64,000 nt of DNA, from the NCBI RefSeq assembly GCF_003918875.1, contig NW_025765003.1:868001-932000 (forward strand). Direction: 5' to 3'. This document shows positions 25,483 through 38,979 of the stretch, in pieces (within the stretch, counting starts at the first letter, position 1; the number at the start of each line of letters is the position of its first letter). Position numbers and translations under genes: made by a program. This DNA is from Haliotis rubra. Taxonomy: Eukaryota. Under the pieces are notes generated by a model. The model had not been told where the DNA came from and made no database searches. It saw only the letters and a list, made by a program, of their open reading frames with translations.

Positions 25483-25959
25483 GGTAGTGTGTTTCATATC
25501 CTACTGCATACCACGGGTGTAACTGCCTGATTACATTGTTAGTTTTACTATGGTTCACACCATGCCTTTAGTTTAGTAAAAAAATTATCTTCCAGTGGAA
25601 ATATCTGTTTGATGTCATACGTGATATACTCATAAACAGAGCGATCCATGTGACAGGTTGTAATCTTGTTGTCTGCGTCGACCTCTTATAAAAAGCCAAA
25701 CTATTTGAACATGTAATTTTCCATATGTCTATTCACTGTATGCAGTCGGGAACATTAAAAAGGTAAAGTGTTTTTTTCCGTGCCCCCCACCTGAGTATAT
25801 TATGGATTAAACCATTACGATGACGCCATGCTATTGTTATTGTGTTATATTCTGAGCCAGGAATTCCCCCTTCGGGGCTCGTTGATTCTGTTTTCGCAGT
25901 CAGCTGATTTGAGTGATGGATCCATTACTGTCTCACCTATATGTATGTAACCCGGAAGG

Positions 25960-27312
25960 ACACATAATGCTTCAAACCTATACCTATATCATGCCTTTAA
26001 CATATGCCTATCCCACGCCTCAAACATATGCCTATCTCACGCCTAAAAACCCATACCTATCTCACGCCTCAAACATATACCTATCTCACGCCTCAAACCT
26101 ATACCTATCTCACGCCTCAAACATATGCCTATCTCACGCCTCAAACCTATGCCTATCTCACGCCTCAAACATATACCTATCTCACGCCTCAAACATGTGC
26201 CTATCTCACGCCTCAAACATATGCCTATCTCACGCCTCAAACATATACCTATCTCACGCCTCATACATATGCCTATCTCACGCTTCAAACATAAGCTTAT
26301 CTCAAGCCTCAAACATATGCCTATCTCACGCCTAAAAACCCATACCTATCTCACGCCTCAAACATATACCTATCTCACGCCTCAAACATATGCCTATCTC
26401 ACGCCTCAAAACATATGCCTATCTCACGCCTCAAACATATACCTATCTCACGCCTCAAACATATGCCTATCTCACGCCTCAAACCTATGCCTATCTCACG
26501 CCTCAAACATATACCTATCTCACGCCTCAAACATATGCCTATCTCATCTCACGCCTCAAACATATGCCTATCTCACGCCTCAAACATATGCCTATCTCAA
26601 GCCTCCGCCACGCCTCATATACCTATCTCACGCCTCAAACATATGCCTATCCTCATCTCAAACATATACCTATCTCACAAACATGTGCCCTCAAAACATA
26701 TGCCCATCTCACGCCTCAAACATATGCCTATCTCATGCCTCATACATATGCCTATTTCACGCTTCAAACATAAGCTTATCTCACGCCTCAAACATGTACC
26801 TATCTCACGCCTCAAACATGTACCTATCTCACGCCTCAAACATATACCTATCTCACGCCTCAAACATGTACCTATTTCACGCCTCAAACATATACCTATC
26901 TCACGCCTCAAACCTATACCTATCTCACGCCTCAAACATATACCTATCTCACGCCTCAAACATATGCCTATCTCACGCCTCAAACATATACCTATCTCAA
27001 GCCTCAAACCTATGCCTATCTCACGCCTCAAACATATGCCTACCCCACGCCTCAAACATATGCCTATCTCACGCTTCAAACATAAGCTTATCTCACGCCT
27101 CAAACATATGCCTATCCCACGCCTCAAACATGTACCTATCTCACGCCTCAAACATATACCTATCTCACGCCTCAAACATGTACCTATCTCACGCCTCAAA
27201 CATATGCCTATCCCACGCCTCAAACATAAACCTATCTCACGCCTCAAACATATGCCTATCCCACGCCTCAAACATATGCCTATCTCACGTCTCAAACATA
27301 TGCCTATCCAAC
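25960..27312. repeat. 24-bp minisatellite (cctatctcacgcctcaaacatatg)
   Basis: Tandem array, followed by a C-rich degenerate repeat at 27320-27600. Confidence 0.96.
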
Positions 27313-28451
27313 ATATATGCAACTTTTACTCAAACCCAACCCCGCTACAACCTCCATTCCGCTCCAACTCTTTCGTCCCGCTTTAACCCCAACCGGCTTC
27401 AACCTCACCTTAACCCCACCCTACTTCAACCACCACCGCTTCACCCCTCTCGAACTCCCACCCCCAACCCGTTTCAACCTCACTGCTTCACCTCTCACCC
27501 CTCTCAAACCCCAACCTTCAACCGCTTCAACCCCCACCACCCACTCTGCTTCAACCCCAATCCGCTTCACCTCTCACTTCACCCCTGCTCCCAACCGTGT
27601 ACATACTCTGTACCACATACAATCATACGGCTATATGAATGGATGTTATTCACGTAACAAGCAGCTCAGCACATAACGATAGTATTTTCACTATTATCAG
27701 ACAGACACGGAAGTACAACATTTGCGGCTACCTGAAGCTGTTACCAGCGTTACCTGTCGCTTGTGCCGCTCCTCTAAGGCTCCAAAAAACTAATCCTTTT
27801 CATTCTTAACTATTTAAAAACCGCTTCCTTGACCTATTGTTTTCACGTGTAGGTGCGATGTCTTTTTAAGGACAACCATGTACTTAACTCAACTCGGCCA
27901 CGGAAATCGGATTTAAATTTCCCAAAAGCGATTTTCGTCATATTAAGAATGAAAAGTTCAACTGTATTCAATTTAAATGTGATATATACTGCAGATACCT
28001 GGACGTGATTGGTGTTTGTCTTGAGAAACATAGGAAGGGCTGTTAAAATGCTCAGGTATACGTTCCCGGAGTCGGTCGTGCTCATTACAAATAATGATGG
28101 CTTGTTATCCGCTCGCTAAATGGCTGACACTGGGTGACATGGCGGTGGTTCTGATGAGTGATGTCTAGTTTAAACAAATCTGGATAATTTTGAGATGACA
28201 TGTGAGTGTTGGACGGGATGATTGTTTGCTTCAATGAACGTGTCAACTCGTCCACACTTGTGAAAAATCGTGTCCATACGTTGGGGGCGATGCTCTTGCA
28301 CTTGTGGAAATGACAGGTGGAAATGTTAATGGTGATGATGATGATGATGATGATCAATTGAAAGATAACATCGTTAATCCATAATCAAATCATGTCAAGC
28401 ATTGTCTACCGCGGTTCCTTCTGATCAGCAATCCTCACATTTTAAGACTTA

Positions 28452-28813
28452 AGAAATGGGCTTCACACATCGTACCCATGTGGGGAATCGAACCCGGGCC
28501 TTCGGCGTGACGAGCGAACTTTAACCACTAGGCTACCCCACCGCCCCATGTACAAAGGAAAGAGGGTAGTTTTGTAGGTAGGTAGATAGTAATTAAGTAT
28601 GTGTCTGTCTGTCTGTCTGTGTGTCTGTCTGTTTGTCTCTGTATGTTTGTCTGTCTGTGTGTCTGTCCGTGTGTTTGTATGTCGCTGTATTTCATGTTAA
28701 TATCAACTCAGTCTAAGTTTGAGACACCCATACCCGCTATGTAAATATGTACAATACTAAATCTGAATAAATTTCCACGTTCATAGGAGGATCTTAAGCT
28801 AGTTGAATGCAAG
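28452..28813 (-). repeat. Right arm of the inverted duplication, including the 5' part of SINE-A
   Basis: Shares the flank tcctttgtacat and the diagnostic 2-bp deletion (ggttaaagttcgctcg) with the copy at 14674. Confidence 0.9.
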
Positions 28814-28999
28814 GAGAGAGTATATATGAGTATATATGAGTATATATGAGTATGTATATTAGTGTGTGCGTTTATGAGATGAGCATTAACCACAGTGTTT
28901 AACACTGCACTAATGTTGAAAGAAAGCTGCTATTATTTACCTTATGCAGCGAAGTTACCCATTCGTTGTCTCATAGAATACTTATACTGTGAAGTCGGT

Positions 29000-30260
29000 A
29001 TCTTATAGGGTGCAGTGATTGTCAAGTTAGCCACTCGGTGTATCACAGGGTGTTATGATTGTGAAGTTAAACAGTGTGTCTCAAATAGTACTAAGATTGT
29101 GACGTCACCCACTCGCTGCCAAACAGGGTACTAAGATTGTGAAGTCACCCACTCTCTGCCTAACAGGGTACTAAGATTGTTAAGTCACACACTCTCTGCC
29201 TATAGTACTAAGATTGTGAAGTCACCAACTCGCTGTGTAAAAGGGTACTAAGATTGTGACGTCACCCACTCGCTGTCTAACAGGGTACTAAGATTGTGAA
29301 GTCACCAACTCGCTTTCCAACAGGGTACTAAGATTGTGAAGAAACCCACTCGCTGCGTAAAAGGGTACTAAGATTGTGAAGTCACCCACTCGCTGTCTAA
29401 CAGGGTACTAAGATTGTTAAGTCACCCACTCGCTGTTTAACAGGGTACTAAGATTGTGAAGTCACCCACTCTCTGCCTTATAGTACTAAGATTGTGAAGT
29501 CACCCACTCGCTGTTTAAATGGGTACTAAGATTGTGAAGTCACCCACTCTCTGCCTTATAGTACTAAGATTGTGAAGTCACCCACTCGCTGTTTAAATGG
29601 GTACTAAGATTGTGAAGTCACCAACTCTCTGCCTTATAGTAATCAGATTGTGAAGTCACCCACTCGCTGTGTAACAGGGTACTAAGATTGTGAAGTCACC
29701 CACTCGCTGTTTAAATGGGTACTAAGATTGCGAAGTCACCCACTCGCTGCTTAACAGGGTACTAAGATTGTGAAGTCACCCACTCGCTGCCTAACAGGAT
29801 ACTGATAAGATTGTGAAGCCACCCACTCTCTGCCTAATAGTACTAAGGTTGTGATCACCAACTCGTTGTCTAACAGGGTACTGAGATTGTTTAAAGCCAC
29901 CCACTCACTGCCTAATAATAGTACTAAGATTGTGATCACCAACTCGCTGCCTAACAGGGTACTGAAGATTGTGAAGTCACCCACTCTCTGCCTAATAGTA
30001 CTAAGATTGTGAAGTCACCCACTCTCTGCCTAATAGTACTAAGATTGTGAAGTCACCCACTCTCTGCCTAATAGTACTAAGATTGTGAAGTCACCAACTC
30101 GCTGTCTAACAGGGTACTGAGATTGTGAAGTCACCCACTCTCTGCCTAATAGTACTAAGATTGTGAAGTCACCCACTCTCTGCCTAATAGTACTAAGATT
30201 GTGAAGTCACCCACTCTCTGTCTAGCAGGGTACCAAGATTGTGAAGTTGGCCCACCCTGA
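29000..30260. repeat. 38-40-bp minisatellite (cagggtactaagattgtgaagtcacccactcgctgtctaa)
   Basis: Tandem array with degenerate edges. Confidence 0.95.
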
Positions 30261-32019
30261 TTCTCACAGGATACCGCCAGTCAAGACTCACGTTGATAGC
30301 ACTGAGACAATGAAGGTGATTTGTAATGGGAACAAGCAGAGTGACGTCATCCCCTCAAAGGTGGTATCCTTGACACAAAGATCCCAATTCCACCCAAAAT
30401 ATCCGCAAAAACATTTAAATGATGAATATAAATAATACCACATAATGATGATCATAGTCTTTTCTTGACTCGTTGACGTCAAACAATTGACGCGTTCTGA
30501 TTACGCGAAGAAACATGGATTCGCACTGGCTAAACGGGTGCTACCCAACGTCTGATTTGTTGGTCATCTTCAAGCAAAGTTGTAAAAGTGATATGTTGAG
30601 GCCAAAACTGTCTCGTCTCGCATTACGTGTGCTGCTTTGGATTGTTCAACTCGCCACAAATGATGGTAATTCCCCAACAAACAAAGTGCAGTACTGGAAA
30701 TAATGGTTCTTGTATAACTCACTTTAAATAATGCATGTAAATTGAAGCTTTTATCACTCACGCCGAAGTCTTTTTCTTGTTTTCAATCCTGACAAAATCG
30801 TCAGATCTTCTCGCTCAATGCGGAAATAACATGAATTTGGTCGTAAGTGCTACCGATATTTGAATATAATCTTTCTGCGGCGATGAAATATACGAAGGCT
30901 ATAATTTGCGGAGCGATTTGCCACTTATATCCGGAATTCTATCGGCGGATTCTTCATCTCTATTCATAACGTTCATACAGGTTATCGGAAACGCAAGCCC
31001 AACCGTCACGATGATTGCAGAGCGTGTTTATTACACAGAGAGGCAATACAGCTCCCTATAACGCCAATTACAGCTTATGTGTGCCTCTGTATATGCCCGC
31101 GATGTATTACCGCAATTACCCCCGTTGACCGGTAATATGGAAGCACGATATTTTCCCGCTCAATTTATGGCTTTCTTCCAATAAAAAGGTACAACGTTGG
31201 TGGGAGAAGACCACTATTAACAGTTGTTATTTGGATGCTAATATTTGTAAGAGATCCTTTGCGATGCGCCTCGGCCAACAGAGCGTCTTAACATTCAATC
31301 AGTGTTGCAAACTATCATAAATAAAAGTCGTGAAAACGAAATCGCTCGTTTCGTATTTTGCCAGGTGAGTTATGTCCCCTTGTCAAATGAAAAACGTACA
31401 CCCAATAACACCAGCTATCATGAATTAAGATAATGGTACCATTAGCAGAATGCTAGCGTGTTTACAACATCCCAGCAGACCAGGGGACCAGGCCGAATTG
31501 AAGCAAGACTATATGAGAAGATTTGCAAAGGGAATTAAACTTGACAATCTCATATGACTTCGGCTGGGCCCCACAAAGCTGTCATTCCCTTGCCTGATTT
31601 CTCAAAGGAGAACGCCTCGGCATTACACTTTGACACAGGGTGCAAGTCACTTTATAAACACAGTGATGACTGCAAGGATGTCCATCCCTCTAATATCGCC
31701 TGTGATCCTCGTATGAATATTGACACTTCGAGACAAATCTGCTGCTCCCATTAATCATATTTTCATGCGTGAATCATAATAGTTATTCGCCATAGAGGGC
31801 TGATTCATCCGTTTCATAATTACTGCAGTCAATATGCTAAATACATCGGTGTTTGACTCAATGTGTAAAATTGAAGAGATGGGGCATTTAAAGTTTTAGA
31901 AGTACCTTTTGATCCTCCGATTTGTCTGACCCGATCTGTTGATGTATTTGACTGGGCCTTTTGAGATTTTACCAACATGTCTGACGGGGTCGACTGAGAA
32001 GCGTTCCTACGACCAGAGT

Positions 32020-33740
32020 TCCTGGCTGGATATGTTAAAAACTGTTCTTTAGTGCGTTTGAAATGATCTACTGGATCTGTTAGTAGATGTTCCTTAGAGC
32101 GTTGAAAGACGGACTGGATCTGTTGAAAACTGTTCTTTAGAGCGTTGAAATGATCTACTGGATCTGTTAGTAGATGTTCCTTAGAGCGTTGAAAGACGGA
32201 CTGGATCTGTTGAAAACTGTTCTTTAGAGCGTTGAAATGATCTACTGGGTCTGTTAGTAGATGTTCCTTAGAACGTTGAAATGATCTACTGGATCTGTTA
32301 GTAGATGTTCTTTAGAGCGTTGAAATGATCTACTGGATCTGTTAGTAGATGTTCCTTAGAACGTTGAAATGATCTACTGGATCTGTTAGTAGATGTTCCT
32401 TAGAGCGTTGAAAGACGGACTGGATCTGTTGAAAACTGTTCTTTAGAGCGTTGAAATGATCTACTGGATCTGTTAGTAGATGTTCCTTAGAGCGTTGAAA
32501 GACGGACTGGATCTGTTGAAAACTGTTCTTTAGAGCGTTGAAATGATCTACTGGGTCTGTTAGTAGATGTTCCTTAGAACGTTGAAATGATCTACTGGAT
32601 CTGTTAGTAGATGTTCTTTAGAGCGTTGAAATGATCTACTGGATCTGTTAGTAGATGTTCCTTAGAACGTTGAAATGATCTACTGGATCTGTTAGTAGAT
32701 GTTCCTTAGAGCGTTGAAAGACGGACTGGATCTGTTGAAAACTGTTCTTTAGAGCGTTGAAATGATCTACTGGATCTGTTAGTAGATGTTCCTTAGAGCG
32801 TTGAAATGATCTACTGGATCTTTTAGTAGATGTTCCTTAGAGCGTTGAAATGATCTACTGGATCTGTTAGTAGATGTTCCTTAGAGCGTTGAAATGATCC
32901 ACTGGATCTGATAGTAGATGTTCCTTAGAGCGTTGAAATGATCTACTGGATCTGTTAGTAGATGTTCCTTAGAGCATTGAAATGATCTACTGGATCTGTT
33001 AGTAGATGTTCTTTAGAGCGTTGAAATGATCTACTGGATCTGTAAGTAGATATTCTTACGAGCTTTGAAATGACCGACTGGGTCTGTTGTCAACTGTTCC
33101 TTAGAGCGTTGAAATGATCTACTGGATATGTTAGTAGATGTTCCTTAGAGCGTTGAAATGATCTACTGGATCTGTTAGTAGATGTTCCTTAGAGCGTTGA
33201 AATGACCTACTGGATCTGTTAGTAGATGTTCCTTAGAGCGTTGAAATGATCTACTGGATCTGTTAGTAGATGTTCCTTAGAGCGTTGAAATGATCTACTC
33301 TATCTGCGTTGAAATGATCTACTGGATCTGTTAGTAGATGTTCCTTAGAGCGTTGAAATGACCGACTGGGTCTGTTGTTAACTGTTCCTTAGAGCGTTGA
33401 AATGATCTACTGGATCTGTGAGTAGTTTACTGTTCTTAGATCGTTGAAATGATCTACTGGATCTGTTAGTAGATGTTCCTTAGAGCGTTGAAATGATCTA
33501 CTGGATCTGTTAGTAGATGTTCCTTAGAGCGTTGGATCTGTTAGTAGATGTTCCTTAGAGCGTTGAAATGACTGACTGGATCTGTTGTTAACTGTTCCTT
33601 AGAGCGTTGAAATGACCGACTGGGTCTGTTGTTAACTGTTCCTTAGAGCGTTGAAATGATCTACTGGATCTGTGTTGGTTTGATTACTGTTCTTTAGATC
33701 GTTGGAATGAGTGACTTGATCTGTTCCTAAAATGACGAAA
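32020..33740. repeat. 43/44-bp satellite with a 306-bp higher-order unit
   Basis: tagagcgttgaaatgatctactggatctgttagtagatgttcct. The variant pattern recurs at 32095, 32401 and 32707. Internal inverted repeat atctact/agtagat. Confidence 0.95.
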
Positions 33741-33744
33741 TGAT

Positions 33745-34095
33745 ACACAGTGGTTTGGGTAAAGTTGGTCACGGTGGAGTTACGTTTTGGGTAAAGTTGG
33801 TCACGGTGGGGTGACAGTGGGTAAAGTTTCACGGTGGAGTTACGGTTTGGGTAAAGTTGGTCACGGTGGGGTGACGGTTTGGGTAAAGTTGGTTAGGGTG
33901 GGGTTAGGTTTTGGGTAAAGGTGAATAGGGTGGAGTACGTTTTGTGTGAAGTTGGTCAGGGTGGGGTTACGTTTTGGGTAGAGTAAACGGGGTGGGAATG
34001 TGCATGGGGTAGAGGTCGGGCCAGAGGATGCGTGTGGGGTCAGTGGATGGAGTTGACGGTTGCGGTTTGGGTAGAAGTAATCGGGGTATGGGCTG
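33745..34095. repeat. G-rich degenerate ~32-bp repeat (ggtttgggtaaagttggtcacggtggggtgac)
   Basis: About 6 recognisable units that decay toward the 3' end. Confidence 0.8.
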
Positions 34096-34160
34096 CTGTT
34101 ACCCGTCAGTGTGTCTTGTTATGTACCTTAACAATCTTAACTTTTTGTCCCGAGGTGTGA

Positions 34161-34385
34161 ACCCGTGAAGATCCGAGTTAGATTTGGTCTTCTTCGTAAG
34201 AGGCGATTAAGGGGATCGGGTGGTCAGGCTCACTGACTTGGTTGACACATGTCATCGGTTCCCAATTGCGGAGATCGATGTTCATGCTGTTGATCACTGG
34301 ATTGTCTGGTATGGTCTCGATTATTTACAGACCGCCTCCATATAGCTGGGATATTGCTGAGTGCGGCGTTAAACAACAAACAAAA
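34161..34385 (+). mobile_element. SINE-B (aaac-type tail, deletion in head)
   Basis: Consensus match. TSD gag[g/a]tgtgaa. Confidence 0.9.
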
Positions 34386-34814
34386 GAGATGTGAATTCAT
34401 ATGCCGTGATTAAAATTGCAGATGACACTAAATACTAGCCCTACTGTTTAAGGTTGAACCACCGGTTCGTGTCAACAATGATCTTACATATTGACTTACA
34501 TCGGTCAATATTTGATATGCTTGTAGATTGCGTGATATTTCTTTGCCACGGCCTATATTAGATAAGTGATGACATGAGACCTGACCTTTACATCTTTCTT
34601 GACTTACAGTCTTCGGTTTCATTTCTTGGGAGTTAGGTTGGCAGTGTTCTTCATCCGGCTGAGGACCCCGCGTCTCAAACATAATGGGTTGTATGACAGG
34701 TAGGTCGGAGAATCTTAGTATAATTAGTGGTGCGGCAATCAGGCTACGGACAAACAGTCATCATGGAAAGGAATAGCCGTGTATTATGTTTGTGTGAAGG
34801 CCAGTAGAAGCTTT

Positions 34815-35850
34815 TGTGTGTGTGTGTGTGCGCGCGCGCGCGTGTGTGTGTGTGTGTCCGAGCGCGTGGCGTGCGCGAAAGAGGTAGGCGGAGGATGTGT
34901 GTGTATGTGTGTGTGGGGGGGGCGTGTGGATTTGCAATTGTAGATGTGCGTGTTTGTGTGAATCTGTGAGTATGGATGTGCAATTGTAGATGTGTAATTG
35001 TGTATGTGTGAGTGTTGATCTGTGAGCGTGCAGGTGTGACTGAAAATGTGTGATTGTGTATGTGTGAGTGTGGATTGTGTTGGTGTGAATATGGATGTGG
35101 AGGTGTGAGTGTAGATGTGTAATTGTGTGTGTGTGTGAGTGTGGATTGTGTTGGTGTGAATATGGATGTGGAGGTGTGAGTGTAGATGTGTAATTGTGTG
35201 TGTGAGTGTGGATTGTGTTGGTGTGAATATGGATGTGGAGGTGTGAGTGTAGATGTGTACTTGTGTGAGTGTGAGTTTGAGTGTGGATTGTGTTGGTGTG
35301 AATATGGATGTGGAGGTGTGAGTGTAGATGTGTATTTGTGTGTGTGTGAGTGTGGCTTGTGTTGGTGTGAATATGGATGTGGAGGTGTGAGATGTTTGTG
35401 TGAGTGTGGATTGTGTTGGTGTGAATATGGATGTGGAGGTGTGAGTGTAGATGTGTATTTGTGTGTGTGTGAGTGTGGCTTGTGTTGGTGTGAATATGGA
35501 TGTGGAGGTGTGAGTGTAGATGTGTAATTGTGTCAGTGTGAATTGTGTTGTGTGAATATGGATGTGGAGGTGTGAGTGTAGATATGTAATTGTGTGTTTG
35601 AGTGTGAGTGTGGATTGTGTTGTGTGAATATGGATGTGGAGGTGTGAGTGTAGATGTGTAATTGTGTGAGTGTGAATTGTGTTGGTGTGAATATGGTTTT
35701 GAGGTGTGAGTGTAGATATGTAATTGTGTGTGAGTATGAATCTACTTGTAACAGTGTACACATGAGCTTGGACTCGGATGTATGAGAGAATGTGTGGGCG
35801 TCGATATGTGAGTGTAGATGTTGACTTAAATGTGTGGGAGTGGATGCAAG
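34815..35850. repeat. (TG)8(CG)6(TG)7 tract followed by a TG-rich ~60-70 bp minisatellite
   Basis: gagtgtggattgtgttggtgtgaatatggatgtggaggtgtgagtgtagatgtgta repeated. Confidence 0.92.
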
Positions 35851-36654
35851 TGTTTCGGGATGTACAACTATAGACGAGAGGTTTTGCTGGCCATATTTCA
35901 ACAAACATATTCGCCCTTGTGATATAAACACACTCGCCACATTCTGGCCACGCCGCTCGTCCCATTTGAACGAAGTCACAGCACCTCAAAGCCATTCGCT
36001 ACATTTCAGCAAAGGTCGGGCTAAGTTTTAACCAATCTAGCTGAAGCTCTCGTCACATGGCTGTTGGACTCCATACACACTCTTCAAACAATAATTATAC
36101 CTGGACAATTATATTCGTCCTCCGCTGACGGCAATAATGAGACCTGAAAAATATGCTGGCATTTCTCGCCAACAATCATCCTTTACCTGCGGCTCTCCTG
36201 TGTATATATTCTCAAATTTTGTATAAATGGCTTTTTTTCGAATGTGAATCCTATTAGCAGGGAGGCATTGTTGAGACATACGAGGGTTAAGAATGCCATC
36301 GAACCACTTATTACCTCGTATGACGCCTTGAAACCCAATTTGTCTATTTGCATCAGAAATCCAAGACGTCTTGCTAAATAAGCAATTTTCCTGATGTATC
36401 TCTATCGAGCGCTTCCCTCTTCAAGTGTGTTTGCCCCTCCATATGTAACTGAACACCTACATATAAGCCACCTTCAAGGCCTTAATTATTATCCCCAATC
36501 CACGTCTTCTTATAGCCATTGAGGCGAACTTGGGCAAGTTGTTATAAGGTTCTGAGATAATGACACCGCAACAATTACTTTGGTGTTTAAAATTACAATG
36601 AGATCGGATTCATCAAAGCAAGAAAAACTCTCAACGTAAACACATGACGATCTT

Positions 36655-38161
36655 AAGAAGTGGCTGAAAAGTTTTGAGCCTAATTACTAAAGCGGCATAT
36701 TAATCGTTAACATTTGTAATGTTAAGAGTATGTTTCATGCTTTTTGGCCAAATACACAACCTTGCAGCTTATTTCTACTGGATTAAGGGACGTGGTATTC
36801 TGTGGTGATGGACAAATTGTCCTTCGTCTCTAATTAATGGGCTAACTTCACCAGTATGCCATGCTGACATTGCGTCTACTTTAGGGGATCTTACCCCTTT
36901 TTTGCCACTGTTGACTTGGGGAGAGGAATACAAGAGGTCAAAATGAGCCTGGAAGATGAACACCTCCATCTGTTTGTTTATTTGTTTATTAACGCCGCAC
37001 TCAGCAATATTCCAGCTACATGGCAGCGGTCTGTAAATAATCAAGTCTGGACCAGACAAGTCAGTGATTAACAGCATGAGCATCGATCTACGCAATTAGG
37101 ATACGATGATGTATCAACCATGTCAGCGAGCTTGACCACCCGATCCCGTTAGTCGTCTATTACGACAAGCGTGTTGCTGAAGACCAATTCTAACCAGGAT
37201 CTTCACGTGTATCCAGCTCGGGACGAAAACTAAGATTGTTAAGGTACATAACAAGAGACGCATGTGAGTCTCATTAACAGCCCCAAATGGCGTCCCTACT
37301 CCGATAACTTCGACCCAAAACGCAACTCTTAATCCCACCAACTGGCCCCACAAGCATCCAGAATCGCTTCTACCCCAAACGCAGCCCCTACTCCTCTTAC
37401 AAGCATGGGTTCCTGAAGACCAATTCTAACCCGGATCTTCGTCTGCCACCAAGGAATATGTTGATAAAATACATGATATGATTATGGACGGTCGACGTTC
37501 ACAACATTGCCCATGCAGTAGGAGTCCCTCAGGACAAACCTGAGAACATTCTAAGGAATGAACTGGGCATTGCAAAATTTCAGCGCCCTGGGCTCCAAAT
37601 CTTCTGACCCCTAATCAGAAAGACATTTTTTGTCGTTTTAAAGCAACCCCAGCTGATTTCATTGAGCAACTTGAATCCTTGAACGAGTCTGGGGTTCACC
37701 ATTGGCAGCCAGCCTAAACAACAATCAAAGCAGTTGAAACATCTAACATCTCCTCCTCTGAGATCTGTTCCATGAGATGGTGATATTCACGGATCCCTGG
37801 GTTTCCAAAGGAATTCTACTTGTGGACTATCCACGAAAGGTCAGATAATCAATGGCCAATATTATGATTATCTGCACGGGCAACTGATCGGGAATATCGA
37901 GTTTATACCTCGTGGGACACTCTTGGTGGGTGTTTTGCTCCACTAGGACAAGGAACCTGTCCACAAGTCTGTGGTCACCATGGCTACAGTGTATGTTCGT
38001 GGCTTTGAGTTCATTGAACACTGTCCGCATTCACCAGATTTGCCATTATCAGATTTAAACCATTTCCCAAAACTTACAAATGATGATGACGTCATTTCAG
38101 CCCTGGAGGGCAATGCAACATCGTTGACAGGTGTGAACCACATGGGTACGTTGAAAAGTAA
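36655..38161 (+). pseudogene. Decayed mariner-type transposon, interrupted at 36971-37441
   Basis: TIR-like gtggctgaaaagttttgagcct. Frameshifted motifs in order: GLT..HADIASTLGD, SLEDE, SAPWAPNLLT (WVPRLL-like), NESGVHH..KQQSKQ, GILLVDY, HCPHSPDLPLSD (HPPYSPDLAPSD-like), GYVEK*. Confidence 0.85.
36971..37441 (-). mobile_element. Composite insert: SINE-B head fragment (37394-37441) + ~190-bp captured flank + SINE-B (36971-37210)
   Basis: The flank is the reverse complement of 34000-34160 (tcttgttatgtaccttaacaatctta). Confidence 0.82.
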
Positions 38162-38979
38162 TTAGCAACCAACTTCTTCAACGCAACCAATCATAGTTAC
38201 ACTCTCCGTCATGACAATCTCTCCAATAAATATTTGGCTGCGAGCATTTTGTGTTGTGATGTTGAAGCCCGAGTGTGTATACAAAAATTGTTTTCCTCCA
38301 TAGCAATGACTTAGTCGTCGAGTATTTCCTTGAGTACAAAGAAATGAAAAATAATGAGATGTAAAAGAATTTAGTGAGGCATTGTTTGAAGTATTAACTC
38401 CATGATTTTCTTATGGTTTCTGATGAAACTTAGGGTTCGCGTTACAATGAACCTACTCCCCGCGTATTTGCCGGAAATAAATCAAAATTTGAAATTAAAT
38501 ACATCAAATTGTAAAATAGAAACAGACGTGATAAACATTTCTTTAATCGTTTAAAAATATAACTACATTACCTTTTTGTGAGAAAATGCGCACATGAAAC
38601 TTTTGTGAACGTTAAGGCTGTAACAAAAACCAATCTCGTGCTGGGATTCAAACCACGGTTTGAGGCGGAACGGTTTAGCACTTTAACCAATAGGCTGTTC
38701 TACTGATAACATTGCTTCATTGTTTGTTGTTTAACGCCGCACTCAGCAGTAGAACTGCCGCCATGGAATATTGCTAACACATAGGACATGACCGTTTTGG
38801 AGCGGGTGGATGCGGGTGCGGGTGCGGGTGTATGGGACCCTCGACGCTCATGTAACACACTGCCATCTCAGTTAATTTGGCGCATATGAGAAACACAAAA
38901 TAAGGAACTCGTTCCATTCAAAACATTTGGGGGCACGCATGGTCGCGTCATTCCAAGCGTGATCCAGTGAAATCACGTT

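Noticed and set aside
25900-25942. Possible 43-nt exon (SADLSDGSITVSPI)
   Set aside because: Good acceptor but weak donor, no recognisable homology and no compatible downstream exon found.
26004-27676. 510-aa and 323-aa repeat ORFs
   Set aside because: Read-through of a 24-bp minisatellite.
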